Source of the DNA: a virus
DNA length: 64,000 bases
Virus record (IMG/VR): IMGVR_UViG_3300046370_000603
Direction: 5' to 3' (one strand)
Both the position numbers and the translations under genes were made by a program. The notes beneath the pieces are model-generated. The model saw nothing but the letters and a program-made list of their open reading frames with translations. It did not search any database and was not told the DNA's origin. This document shows, piece after piece, positions 39,028-48,750 of this stretch. The stretch's first letter is position 1. Each line of letters starts with the position of its first letter.

Positions 39028-39690
39028 ATGTTAAGCTACACTTCAAATAGTCAAGCAGGTCAAGAAAAATTTGTTTTAAATACTTTAAATCATCCGTTTA
39101 ACGGTTATTTTCTTGAATTCGGAGCTTTAGATCCGCGTGTGTTAAGCAACACTTATTGCCTAGATACAGTATTTAATTGGAAAGGTTTATCCTTTGACTG
39201 CTCAAATCTTCATCTAAAATGGCTAAACGATAGAAAAAATTCCACCTTTATTCATGGTTCCGCTCATAATCACGACTATAAAAATTTATTCTCAGAACAT
39301 TCTGTTCCAAACATAGTGGATTATCTACAAATTGACATAGATCCAGCGATGGGCAATCTTCATTTATTAAAGCAATTAAAGGAAGAAGTGTTTCATGATT
39401 TTAAATTTAAAGTTATAACATATGAACACGATTTTAAAGGTGATACATCTTTGATACCTGCAGTTGAAGAATCTAGAGAAATTTTTAAAAACGCTGGTTA
39501 TGTCCCTGCTTTTCTTAATGTTCATAACCTTGGACCTGGCGATGTTTTCGAAGATTGGTATGTGCATCCCGATTTAGTGAATATGAGTCGAATAAAACAT
39601 TTTCAAACTTTCAATATCAATCAATACGTAAAAAATCCTTACCCTTTCATAGGTAAGAGCATAAAAGGAGCTGAAATAATTTATACTTAA
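39028..39690 (+). CDS. FkbM-like methyltransferase
   Basis: SQAGQEKFV, FLEFG..P...SNTY, DYLQIDIDP, ITYEHD, FEDWYVHP. Confidence 0.75.
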   Translation: MLSYTSNSQAGQEKFVLNTLNHPFNGYFLEFGALDPRVLSNTYCLDTVFNWKGLSFDCSNLHLKWLNDRKNSTFIHGSAHNHDYKNLFSEHSVPNIVDYLQIDIDPAMGNLHLLKQLKEEVFHDFKFKVITYEHDFKGDTSLIPAVEESREIFKNAGYVPAFLNVHNLGPGDVFEDWYVHPDLVNMSRIKHFQTFNINQYVKNPYPFIGKSIKGAEIIYT

Positions 39691-39731
39691 TTTTTATTGA
39701 CTTTTGTTTTATATAATGCTATGATTATATC

Positions 39732-41369
39732 ATGCATTACCCAAACACTAAGAACAATGTAAGTAAAATCCTAAACAGAAGAAATGATGGATACAATACC
39801 ATTATATGCAATGCGCCATGCCAAAGCGGTAAAACAGACATTGTTCCATGCCTACAAACAGAGTTTAAAGATAGCGGACTTTTCATTCCTATTGTTAGCG
39901 ACAATCACTTGTATGATGAAAATGAACGAGCGATTAGAGAACAAAATATTCAAGTTAGATGTGAAAAACTAAAAGATACGCTTGATATTTTAGAAAACGG
40001 AGGCTCGATACCCTATTCACCATTTATTGCTTGTGATGAAGTTCATGTTGGGCAAAAAGAATATTCCAGGTTTAACGACTTAATTATTGGTTTAAACAAA
40101 TATTATAAGCAAAAAAATTGGGGACGACCATTTTATATTCTTTTAGGAGCTACGAATTGGCAATTAATGTACGCTCACAATCATGGCACTTTGAGTAAAG
40201 AACTCTTTGGCAGAATTGATGCTTTAGATTTAGAAGTGGGGGAAAATTATTTTGGCGCACAAGAATTTTTAGATCATAAAAATATTATTTTTAAAAATCC
40301 TATTGATGGCATAAATAAACTAGAAAACAATGAGCTTCATCCATTTTTATTAGAAGAGTTAAGCCGCCTAGATTCTGAAGATTTAAAGCAAACTTTCACA
40401 AAAGAAGGTCTCTCAGGATACCCAATAGGTCTTATCAGAGTTGCTAGTTCCGCAGATGATGGCGAGCAATTGGCTCAAAAAATAAATCTTCATTTTAAAG
40501 ATAAAATTCATGCTCTTGCAGTTAACTCCACCGATGGCAAAAAAATTCAAAGCTCTTTCACTAATGCTCTTCGTGAATCATACAATAAACCTACGATTAT
40601 AATAGCCTGTCAAGGCATATCTATGGGAATTAGATTCCCTCTCAAAGAAAAACTCAGAATAGCTTTTGCTATTGAAGACAGAAAAGTTATTTCTTCAGTT
40701 GCTCAATCTTTTCTTGGTAGATTAATGGGGTACAGAGATCCAGAAAACCCTTTTCCAATACCTTGCAATATGTATAATATTGATGAAAATCTTGTTCAAT
40801 TTTTGGCGAATTTTGACATAGATTCTGCTTCCTTAAATGACAAAGCCATAGAAGATCTCCCGTTTATTCAAGAATCAGTAGCTATAGCTACTCATATGAA
40901 CGCTAAATTTTCTAGAAAATATACTAGAAGTGTTTTACATTATGATATTATTCCTAACAATATTAAGTTAGATGAAGAAATTAGAAAATACTATGAAGAA
41001 AAATATAAAGACAAATTATTAATGGCAACGAGTCCTACTTTTTCTCATGAAAAATACGAAAATTCATATCAAAATGATATACAAAAAGTCCTTCGAGAGG
41101 AAGGTGAAAAAGGCGGGGGGAATCGTTTAACTCGCTTTCATAATCCAAACGCTCAAAATAAAAACTTTCCTGAAAGCAAAAAAGAATTAAGGAATGCACT
41201 AGAAAGCCCAAACCATAGTTTGACAAGAAAAATTTTAGAAGATTTAGATGTTACCCCCGAACAACTTTTGGCAGCTTTTGACGAAGGCAGGTTAATTAGG
41301 ATTAAAATTACATATCCTGATGATAGAGTCGATGTAGAGATTAACAATAATGTTTTTTGCGAACAATGA
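39732..41369 (+). CDS. SF2 helicase/ATPase-like protein
   Basis: Motif I APCQSGKT, II DEVH, III GAT, VI QSFLGRLMGY; promoter TTGACT(39697)-17-TATGAT-6-ATG. Confidence 0.7.
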   Translation: MHYPNTKNNVSKILNRRNDGYNTIICNAPCQSGKTDIVPCLQTEFKDSGLFIPIVSDNHLYDENERAIREQNIQVRCEKLKDTLDILENGGSIPYSPFIACDEVHVGQKEYSRFNDLIIGLNKYYKQKNWGRPFYILLGATNWQLMYAHNHGTLSKELFGRIDALDLEVGENYFGAQEFLDHKNIIFKNPIDGINKLENNELHPFLLEELSRLDSEDLKQTFTKEGLSGYPIGLIRVASSADDGEQLAQKINLHFKDKIHALAVNSTDGKKIQSSFTNALRESYNKPTIIIACQGISMGIRFPLKEKLRIAFAIEDRKVISSVAQSFLGRLMGYRDPENPFPIPCNMYNIDENLVQFLANFDIDSASLNDKAIEDLPFIQESVAIATHMNAKFSRKYTRSVLHYDIIPNNIKLDEEIRKYYEEKYKDKLLMATSPTFSHEKYENSYQNDIQKVLREEGEKGGGNRLTRFHNPNAQNKNFPESKKELRNALESPNHSLTRKILEDLDVTPEQLLAAFDEGRLIRIKITYPDDRVDVEINNNVFCEQ

Positions 41370-41611
41370 AAATAAATAAAAAACTAAAAAACGTAGAGTT
41401 TGAATACGATGAAGAAACAAAAACTTTTACAATTATGGAAGCTGATGGATTCAATGGTTACATCCAATTAAATAAGGTTTACGCTTTTGCATTTATGCGT
41501 TTCGTTGTTCGCATGGCTCAAAGAAATTGGCTTCGGCAAAAAAAACTTTCTCCAAGCGAGACTAAAACTTCCCTTCCCGCTAATAATCAACTGGAAATGT
41601 TTGAGGGATAA
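41366..41611 (+). CDS. Hypothetical protein
   Basis: ATGA-coupled start at 41366. Confidence 0.6.
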   Translation: MKINKKLKNVEFEYDEETKTFTIMEADGFNGYIQLNKVYAFAFMRFVVRMAQRNWLRQKKLSPSETKTSLPANNQLEMFEG

Positions 41612-41625
41612 TTTACAATATAATC

Positions 41626-41832
41626 ATGAGAAATAATAAAATAAAAAGTTCAAATTTAATTTATGCAAGCGAAGATGAAGAATTCTTCTGGGAAAAAGAC
41701 GATAGCGTAGTTGAAGAAGGTATTGCTGTCGGATATGAAGTAGAGAGAGAAGAAACTCTTTTTGATGCTCATACTATTGACTTAGTTTTATTTGAAGATA
41801 TTTATCATGAATTCAAAGAAGAAATATTCTGA
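41626..41832 (+). CDS. Acidic hypothetical protein, paralog of 42051-42281
   Basis: KSSNLIY...EGIAVGYEV...LFEDI. Confidence 0.65.
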   Translation: MRNNKIKSSNLIYASEDEEFFWEKDDSVVEEGIAVGYEVEREETLFDAHTIDLVLFEDIYHEFKEEIF

Positions 41833-42061
41833 TCCTCAATTATTTGAATATAGAGTTAAATACAATGCTGGAGCAGGGCACTCAGCCTTAGATAGCTTCC
41901 ATTATTACACTGCTGAATCTGCTGAGCAAGCTTTAAGCTATCATAATGCTATGATGAAAAAAAATAACTTTAGAAGTCAAACTATTTCAATTGAGAAAAA
42001 AAATCCTTATGCTAATCGCTGGGAAGATGAGAGTAATTGCATAAACAGCGATGAAGTCTAG
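41807..42061 (+). CDS. Hypothetical protein
   Basis: ATG at 41807. Confidence 0.6.
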   Translation: MNSKKKYSDPQLFEYRVKYNAGAGHSALDSFHYYTAESAEQALSYHNAMMKKNNFRSQTISIEKKNPYANRWEDESNCINSDEV

Positions 42062-42281
42062 TCAAATAATTTATTCTGAACATGATTACGATGAATGCTT
42101 TGAATTTATCGATGGCAGTGGTAGAGTTCCCGAAGGAACAGCTGTGGGCTACGAAGTTAAATCTAATTCTCCAAAACAAATCCTTATATTATTTGATGAT
42201 ATAAAATACAGTAAATACAACCACGATTATTGGAATAATTTAGAATTAGAAAATGATTCCGATAGACTAATTTTACCATGA
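42051..42281 (+). CDS. Acidic hypothetical protein, paralog of 41626-41832
   Basis: KSSQIIY...EGTAVGYEV...LFDDI. Confidence 0.65.
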   Translation: MKSSQIIYSEHDYDECFEFIDGSGRVPEGTAVGYEVKSNSPKQILILFDDIKYSKYNHDYWNNLELENDSDRLILP

Positions 42282-42535
42282 TAGCTTTTAATAAAGACCT
42301 TAACAATGATTCTGATCCCCTTAAAAAATTAGAAGATATATTATATAAGATATATAAAGAACTTGATTCTGAAGAAGTTTGTGAAGAAGATGTTGATTTT
42401 GAAAATACTAATCTATCTGAATTACTTGAGATAGTTTATTTTCATTTGTTTACCGAACATTACTCGGAAATTGATTTATCAATTAAAAAAGAAAATAATA
42501 ACTCTTTAAGTATAAAAATAAATGATTTAAAATGA
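42278..42535 (+). CDS. Acidic hypothetical protein
   Basis: Coupled on both sides; directly upstream of the ECF sigma factor. Confidence 0.55.
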   Translation: MIAFNKDLNNDSDPLKKLEDILYKIYKELDSEEVCEEDVDFENTNLSELLEIVYFHLFTEHYSEIDLSIKKENNNSLSIKINDLK

Positions 42536-43071
42536 AGTTGGTGATAGATAAAGAAAAGTGTTATGATCGAAAAATTGAAATTATCAAACCTTTATTATTG
42601 CATTTTATAAGATCTAGAATTTACAATCATCAAGATTGTCAAGATATATTGCAAAATACTTTATTTATTTTAATTAAAAAGCGCGACACCTATATCCCAA
42701 GTAAAAGTTTTTATAGTTGGAGCTTTACAATATGCAGGTTTCAAATAAAAAGATATTTAAGTGAATCGTCTAGATCTAGAGAGTTCTGTTCCTCGGATCA
42801 TCTAGATAATACAGCTTGCTCAATTTTTGATCCATTTTTAGTTTTAGACAATAAAGAATCTTTATCTAAAAAGCAAGAGTTAACCAAAACAATAGAAAAT
42901 AAACATTTAAGCTGCAGAGAAACAGAGTTCTTTAAACTTCTTAAAGAGGGTAAAAGCCGCTCTGAAATTATGAACGCAATGAATATTAAACAAGTTAGCT
43001 ATTATCAATATAGAATTAGAGTCGCTCAGCGTTTCGCTAAACATTTTTCTGCGTATGAACAGGAAGTATAA
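42532..43071 (+). CDS. ECF-type sigma factor
   Basis: Region 2 DCQDILQNTL...SFYSWSFTICR; region 4 LSCRETEFF..LKEGKSRSEIM. Confidence 0.8.
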   Translation: MKLVIDKEKCYDRKIEIIKPLLLHFIRSRIYNHQDCQDILQNTLFILIKKRDTYIPSKSFYSWSFTICRFQIKRYLSESSRSREFCSSDHLDNTACSIFDPFLVLDNKESLSKKQELTKTIENKHLSCRETEFFKLLKEGKSRSEIMNAMNIKQVSYYQYRIRVAQRFAKHFSAYEQEV

Positions 43072-43630
43072 TAACCAACCTAGGAAAGATATCATACTCA
43101 AGCTTCGATCTAAAGGTTTGAGCTATAAACAAATTCAAAAAAAAATAGGATGTTCTCTTTCGACTATTTCGTACCATTGCGGTTCTGGTTCTGAAAAAGC
43201 TAGGGTCAAAAAACAAGTGAAAAACAGGAAGCCAATATGCAAAAAAGTCTCAAATTTTAAAGCTCGATGCACAAGAGCTAATTATCAGACTTTAAGAGCT
43301 AAAGTTAAAACTTTCAAGAAAAGACCTCCGTCATCAAATAAAGGTAATGCAATCGTTAATAATATTTCAAAAAATTACTCATGCAAAGATGTGATTAATC
43401 ATATAGGTGAAAAGCCCATTTGTTATTTAACGGGACTACCAATTAATTTAAATAAACCCGAAACTTATCACCTTGATCATATTATACCCACATCAAAAGG
43501 TGGAACTAATGATCTTAGTAACCTCGGTATCTGCTTAAAGGAAGCTAATTATGCAAAAGGCGAACTATCTCTTTTGGAACTATATGATTTATGCGAAAAG
43601 ATTTTGTCTTTTAAAAGTAAAAAAAAATAG
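43055..43630 (+). CDS. HNH endonuclease with N-terminal HTH
   Basis: LRSKGLSYKQIQKKIGCSLSTISYH; CYLTG...HLDHIIPTSKGGTNDLSNL...ANYAK. Confidence 0.85.
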   Translation: MNRKYNNQPRKDIILKLRSKGLSYKQIQKKIGCSLSTISYHCGSGSEKARVKKQVKNRKPICKKVSNFKARCTRANYQTLRAKVKTFKKRPPSSNKGNAIVNNISKNYSCKDVINHIGEKPICYLTGLPINLNKPETYHLDHIIPTSKGGTNDLSNLGICLKEANYAKGELSLLELYDLCEKILSFKSKKK

Positions 43631-43677
43631 AATTTTCTAAATAATAAATTATTATTTAATTAAATACATCCTATATT

Positions 43678-44007
43678 ATGAATGAAGAACAGCAAAATAT
43701 TTTAAAAAATTTCACAACTCTCGAAGAAGATTTGCACGATACTGAGTATAAATCAGATTTTGAAATCCTTAGAGAAGCCTGGAACATAGAGATTAGCAAG
43801 CCTGGATGCACTCAGTGCATTAAAAATGGGGCTATGTCTAAGTATAGTCAAATTGCATCAAATATGATTCTACATGGCTTATCAATAGAACAATCCAAGC
43901 AAGTCCTAGATCTTCGTAATGATTTAAATAAGAAGCATCAAGAAGTTGCGAAAGAAATCAATGGTGAAGTAGAAGCTGAAATCGCAAAAATCAAGGCTCA
44001 AAGTTAA
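43678..44007 (+). CDS. Hypothetical protein with a CxxC motif
   Basis: GCTQC; adjacent to thioredoxin. Confidence 0.6.
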   Translation: MNEEQQNILKNFTTLEEDLHDTEYKSDFEILREAWNIEISKPGCTQCIKNGAMSKYSQIASNMILHGLSIEQSKQVLDLRNDLNKKHQEVAKEINGEVEAEIAKIKAQS

Positions 44008-44010
44008 AAC

Positions 44011-44268
44011 GTGAATAAATTAAAATATTTCACTGCCTCCTGGTGCGGACCTTGTAAATTTTTTAAACCAACCATTGAAGAGTTGAAAGAAGAAGGGCGA
44101 AATATAGATATTATAGACATTGATGAAAATCGGTCTATAGCTTCCGAATATCAAGTTATGTCTGTACCTACTTTAATTTTTGAAAGAGATGGCTCTGCTT
44201 ACGCTCGAACAACTGGTGCCCTGCCAAAATCTGAAGTTGAAAGAGCTTTAGATTGGTCTCCTGAATAA
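44011..44268 (+). CDS. trxA: Thioredoxin
   Basis: FTASWCGPCK, VMSVPTL. Confidence 0.92.
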   Translation: MNKLKYFTASWCGPCKFFKPTIEELKEEGRNIDIIDIDENRSIASEYQVMSVPTLIFERDGSAYARTTGALPKSEVERALDWSPE

Positions 44269-44311
44269 TTTTTATTGACTTTTTATTCATATTGTATATG
44301 ATTTAAATCAT

Positions 44312-44485
44312 ATGAATAAAAAATACTTAAAACTTACAGACCTTTGGTTTGATGGCAAATATACTCAAGTTGGAAACGAAATTAAAAAAAATAATTGGAC
44401 AAATAAGCAAGTCATTGAATTTAGTTCTTATTTCGCTAAATATTGCGGTCTTAAAGAGCTTGCTATTCTCCATAAATTTCTTTAA
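44312..44485 (+). CDS. 57-aa hypothetical protein, not in the ORF track
   Basis: MNKKYLKLTDLWFDGKY...LHKFL; promoter TTGACT(44275)-16-TATGAT. Confidence 0.6.
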   Translation: MNKKYLKLTDLWFDGKYTQVGNEIKKNNWTNKQVIEFSSYFAKYCGLKELAILHKFL

Positions 44486-44504
44486 TTTTTTAATTATAAA
44501 GTTC

Positions 44505-44580
<76 letters not shown>

Positions 44581-44584
44581 CTTT

Positions 44585-44971
44585 ATGAATTCCCTAGATT
44601 TGGCTTGGAAGTCTTTTGAATTTTATTCCCATAAAATAGAAGAGTCTGAATCTATTTATCAGACTTATCATTTTGTCTTAGATTCTCATATAGATGAAAT
44701 GATTCAATTAGATGATAGAGAAAAAAAAGATCTTAAAAATAATTTACTAGATACCATCAATTCACTTCACAACCTTTATCGTAAACAAATGCAGTCTTTA
44801 GATGATATATTAAATAATACGCCCAATAATACATCTCACGCTGACCACAAAAAGTTAGGTGACTATCATCTTGCCAGCCCTGATTCAATCAACACCCTCA
44901 AAAGTCTTACCCTAGATTTAATATCTCAACTAGAAATAGATAAAAACAATATCAAAGAATATTTACGTTAA
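44585..44971 (+). CDS. Hypothetical protein
   Basis: Starts 4 nt after the tRNA CCA. Confidence 0.6.
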   Translation: MNSLDLAWKSFEFYSHKIEESESIYQTYHFVLDSHIDEMIQLDDREKKDLKNNLLDTINSLHNLYRKQMQSLDDILNNTPNNTSHADHKKLGDYHLASPDSINTLKSLTLDLISQLEIDKNNIKEYLR

Positions 44972-44973
44972 TT

Positions 44974-45426
44974 ATGAACGCTAGTGAAATTAGGTTCAAA
45001 AATATCTGCGCAAAAAAAAATTTTAAAATTTCTAAATCTACAAAAAATCAAGATATTCACGAACATTGGGATTTTAAAGTTAACAATTCTCTAGTAGATG
45101 TAAAAGGTCTTAAAAAAATTTCTCGTTCCGATGGTGAATATAGTAATGATATAACTTGGCTTGAGATACAAAACGTTCGCGGTAATGTTGGCTGGTTAAA
45201 AGGTAAAGCTGACTTCATCGCTTTCGAGCAAGAAGATTGTTTTTTAATTTTTCGAAGAAAAGATTTGCTTGATTGGTTGAGAAAAAAAATCACCAATTAT
45301 CGTTTTGTTAATTCGTCCAAAGAAGCTCTATACAGGTTATATCAAAGAAGAGGGCGCAAAGATATTATTTGTATGGCAAAAATTTCAGACTTTAAAAAAG
45401 AAATTAAATATTGGAAATTGTTTTAG
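44974..45426 (+). CDS. PD-(D/E)xK-like nuclease
   Basis: HWD...VDVK; WLEIQNVRGNVGWLKGKADFIAFE. Confidence 0.6.
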   Translation: MNASEIRFKNICAKKNFKISKSTKNQDIHEHWDFKVNNSLVDVKGLKKISRSDGEYSNDITWLEIQNVRGNVGWLKGKADFIAFEQEDCFLIFRRKDLLDWLRKKITNYRFVNSSKEALYRLYQRRGRKDIICMAKISDFKKEIKYWKLF

Positions 45427-45439
45427 TGTATACATAAAT

Positions 45440-45820
45440 ATGGATCACAAACATTTAATGGTAAATTCAACTTTTGAATCAACCCCTTTTACATCTACTA
45501 TTTTCACAAGCGATTGGATTCGTCATTTAGTTGACCTGATAGATATGAAAATCCTTTATGCTCCGCGATCAGTTAGGTGCGATAAAGAAGGAAATGAAGG
45601 TATCAGTTCTTTTTGTTTAATTACTACCAGTCATATTGCTCTGCATTCTTGGGAAGAAACTGACCCCAATCTTGTTCAGTTAGATATATATAGTTGCAAA
45701 CCTTTTGATTACCAAATTGTTTTAGAAGAGTTTAGAAAATTCTCCCCGATGACACTTGGTTGTAAATTCTTAGACCGATCTATCCCTTCAACAAAAGGAT
45801 GGATTATGGGAGAATCATGA
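45440..45820 (+). CDS. speD: Pyruvoyl-dependent S-adenosylmethionine decarboxylase-family proenzyme
   Basis: GISSFCLITTSHIALHSWEE...QLDIYSCK; ATG 45440 lies 14 nt after a GTGTA motif. Confidence 0.85.
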   Translation: MDHKHLMVNSTFESTPFTSTIFTSDWIRHLVDLIDMKILYAPRSVRCDKEGNEGISSFCLITTSHIALHSWEETDPNLVQLDIYSCKPFDYQIVLEEFRKFSPMTLGCKFLDRSIPSTKGWIMGES

Positions 45821-46104
45821 GTGTAAATTGGGACGAATATAGCGACCTCCGAGCTCCTATTCTTGTTACTGACGATAAAGGCTTAGAAGTAATTGTCAAA
45901 AAAGTACAAAACTCTCGATGGAATGGCATGTGCATACATCCTAATGGGGTTTTTTCATTAATTGATTTTGGTATTTCAATAATAGGTGATGAGACGACTT
46001 CTGACCAAATTTACAAAAGGAATTGTGTTTACGACGATTACGATCAATACATCAAAATGTTCAAACAGACTACTTATGCTATTCTTCGTCAATTTAACTC
46101 GTGA
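45817..46104 (+). CDS. Hypothetical protein
   Basis: ATGA-coupled ORF. Confidence 0.6.
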   Translation: MSVNWDEYSDLRAPILVTDDKGLEVIVKKVQNSRWNGMCIHPNGVFSLIDFGISIIGDETTSDQIYKRNCVYDDYDQYIKMFKQTTYAILRQFNS

Positions 46105-46122
46105 TTACTTTGTTTAATTAAT

Positions 46123-46902
46123 ATGAAAATTTACTTTAAACATTATTCAGGCGCTATTGCCGAATATGATTATATGTTCTTTGATTGCATGGCTAAAGTT
46201 TCATTCAGCGAAGAAGATTCAGCATTGCAACAGGGCTGGCTTCCAGACGACTACTTTCTACCAAAAAATGAAGATAGGAGTCATTGGTATCAAGCTCGAC
46301 AAACAAGAATCAATCTTAAAAAATTTCAGGAAACAAAAAGCACAAAAAAAACTAGAAAAAAATGCAGTCAAATTCAAATAAAGAAATATGAATGCGAAGA
46401 AATTGACCTTAATATATTAAATAATATCTTTTTAAAATATTTTGAATACAAGCAGTTTAAGCCTTGGAAGCTAGAACCCTTAGTTGAGCTAGAAAAAGAT
46501 CGAAAATTTTTCTTAGTTTACCATGCTCCATCCGAAAGTGGCGGCTGGCATAATCCCGTAGCCTTTACTTACATGAGAGATGTTGGGAGTAATAGTGTGT
46601 TTTCAACTCAATTTGCTTGGGATTATTCAAATCCGAAATTATATTTGGGCAAATATGCAAATCTTGCCGAAATAGATTATTGCATTAAAAATAATAAAGA
46701 CTATATGTACACTGGTATGGGTTACGAAAATTGCTGCATTTATAAGTCAAGCTATAAAGGATTTGAATTTTGGACGGGGGAAGAATGGTCTGATGACATT
46801 GACCATTATAAATTTTTATGCGAAAGAGATTCTAGAATTATAAATACCAAAGAATTAGATAAAATTAAAAAACATGATGATCAAAACTTTTTCAAAAAAT
46901 AG
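46123..46902 (+). CDS. ATE1/Bpt-like aminoacyl-tRNA-protein transferase
   Basis: LxxGW, RINL..F; C-terminal WDY..PKLYLGKYANLAEI...YMYTGMGY...YKSSYKGFE resembles ATE_C (LG...L.EI...YYYLGY...YK..Y). Confidence 0.65.
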   Translation: MKIYFKHYSGAIAEYDYMFFDCMAKVSFSEEDSALQQGWLPDDYFLPKNEDRSHWYQARQTRINLKKFQETKSTKKTRKKCSQIQIKKYECEEIDLNILNNIFLKYFEYKQFKPWKLEPLVELEKDRKFFLVYHAPSESGGWHNPVAFTYMRDVGSNSVFSTQFAWDYSNPKLYLGKYANLAEIDYCIKNNKDYMYTGMGYENCCIYKSSYKGFEFWTGEEWSDDIDHYKFLCERDSRIINTKELDKIKKHDDQNFFKK

Positions 46903-46934
46903 AATTAAATATAAATAATATTATAATATTATTA

Positions 46935-47804
46935 ATGAAAGAGTATGTTCAACGAGCTGGAAACTATATTGAGACTAATAAATTTTCTTACATTATTAAA
47001 GATTCCCCTACGGTCACCATAATTTTTTGCAAAACAGATTTTCTTTTTCAAGAATTTGAAAATCTTAAAAATTTAAATAAAAAGATAATTTTGTTAACGG
47101 GTAATTCTGATTTCCCAATTACAGAAGATCATGTAACAAAAGCTCCTCCAAATTTATTGAGGCTTTATGGTCAAAATGTATTATGCAATGATGATCGCTT
47201 TGTTCCTGTTCCAATGGGGTTGGAAAGTAGCGTAATATGTCGCAGAGGATTTGATCATGGAGTATATTATGATCGATCAAAAGATTTGCAAGATTTATTA
47301 ATCTCGTACACAGACGAAGAAAAAAGTGTTAGTCGAGCAGAAAAATTCATATATTCTAATTTTAGCATTCGCACAAATCCCCCTCACAGACAAGCTGTCT
47401 TTGATTTTGTGCAAGATATTGACTTTATAACTTCTGGTGCAAGGAAACCTGTTCCTGATTTTCATCAAGAAATTTTAAATCATAAAATTACTTTGTGTCC
47501 TGCGGGTAATGGTTTAGATACTCATAGATTGTGGGAAATTTTGTATCTAAATAGAATCCCCTTAACAATTTTCACTAATCAAAAAGCAGCTCAAGGTTCA
47601 ATTTCCCCCAATTACAAAGAATACTCTATATATAAAAAATTATACTCCAAACTACCAATTATAATTCTTGATAAAATAGAAGATCTTAAAAATAAAAATC
47701 TTATTGAAGATTTGTATAATGAAGTTAAAGACCGACCTAATGATTTAGCTTACTTTTCAAATTGGGTTAAAATTATTCATGACGACCTTAACGATCATAC
47801 ATAA
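46935..47804 (+). CDS. Exostosin/GT47-like glycosyltransferase
   Basis: LCPAGNGLDTHRLWEILYL..IP. Confidence 0.7.
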   Translation: MKEYVQRAGNYIETNKFSYIIKDSPTVTIIFCKTDFLFQEFENLKNLNKKIILLTGNSDFPITEDHVTKAPPNLLRLYGQNVLCNDDRFVPVPMGLESSVICRRGFDHGVYYDRSKDLQDLLISYTDEEKSVSRAEKFIYSNFSIRTNPPHRQAVFDFVQDIDFITSGARKPVPDFHQEILNHKITLCPAGNGLDTHRLWEILYLNRIPLTIFTNQKAAQGSISPNYKEYSIYKKLYSKLPIIILDKIEDLKNKNLIEDLYNEVKDRPNDLAYFSNWVKIIHDDLNDHT

Positions 47805-47813
47805 TTTAAAATT

Positions 47814-48266
47814 GTGATAGAAGATTATATTGATTACATCTCTTTACAGAGAAAAGAATTAGGGGGTCATGCCATCTGCCCTTTTGCTAAAAGTTTTTTA
47901 AATAAAGTCGAAATAATTGAATCTACTAATTTTATGGCAGATGCATTTGATTGCATACAAAATAAAAATCATCCAATGTTGTATTTAATTTATGGTGACT
48001 CAAAACAATTTGATAAAAAATGGCTAGAAGAATTTTGCAATGATCACCAGCAGTTTGCAAAAATAAATGATCTGTGGTTAATATGGGATCACCCCGATCA
48101 AATAAATAAAATAAATGGAATTAAAACAAATAATAAAGAATATGCTATATTAATGATACAAAAATTAAGTGAGTTAAATAAATATTCAAATAAGTTGCAT
48201 AAAACAAATTATTATAGTTTTTGGGATAATAATTATTATAATAAAATTGTAAAGAGTAGGATGTGA
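47814..48266 (+). CDS. DUF1415-like protein
   Basis: ICPFAK, DHPD. Confidence 0.45.
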   Translation: MIEDYIDYISLQRKELGGHAICPFAKSFLNKVEIIESTNFMADAFDCIQNKNHPMLYLIYGDSKQFDKKWLEEFCNDHQQFAKINDLWLIWDHPDQINKINGIKTNNKEYAILMIQKLSELNKYSNKLHKTNYYSFWDNNYYNKIVKSRM

Positions 48267-48324
48267 AATTTTTTAGAACATTTAACTTAAATTGTTATAA
48301 TAATGGTAAAATCATTTCTTAAAT

Positions 48325-48750
48325 ATGAAAAAATATGATGAAATTAATCAAGATCTTTTAAAATCTTTACCTAATCCAAGTGTTAACGCTTATGAAATAA
48401 AAGTAAAAATCCCCGAATTTACTTTTCTTGGAGTTAAAAATCAACCCGATTTTGCAAATGCTTATATTAGTTTTTATCCCAAAGATAAGATTATTGAGTT
48501 AAAAAGCTTGAAGCAGTACGTTTTCAGTTTAAGGGATATTGTGGTTTCATACGAAAGATTAATTAATATATTTTTTGATCATTTAAACTCAGCGTATGAT
48601 CCCGACAGATTACGCTTGACGATGATTTTTAATCCTCGTGGAGGAATTTCTTCAAAATTAACTATTGACTCTGACTGGTATATTCGCGGAGGTGACGAAA
48701 AATATAAGGATTGGACAAGTCATTCTGAAGAGTGGAGCGTCAATATGTGA
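48325..48750 (+). CDS. QueF (type I, T-fold) homolog lacking the catalytic Cys
   Basis: PEFTFLGVKNQPDFA, ELKSLK.Y, RGGIS. Confidence 0.8.
   Translation: MKKYDEINQDLLKSLPNPSVNAYEIKVKIPEFTFLGVKNQPDFANAYISFYPKDKIIELKSLKQYVFSLRDIVVSYERLINIFFDHLNSAYDPDRLRLTMIFNPRGGISSKLTIDSDWYIRGGDEKYKDWTSHSEEWSVNM

Noticed and set aside
42532-43678. RNA-guided system (ECF sigma plus nuclease, or HEARO-like HNH)
   Set aside because: Genes overlap and only a 47-nt AT-rich gap follows, leaving no room for a guide RNA. No RuvC/TnpB motifs are present.
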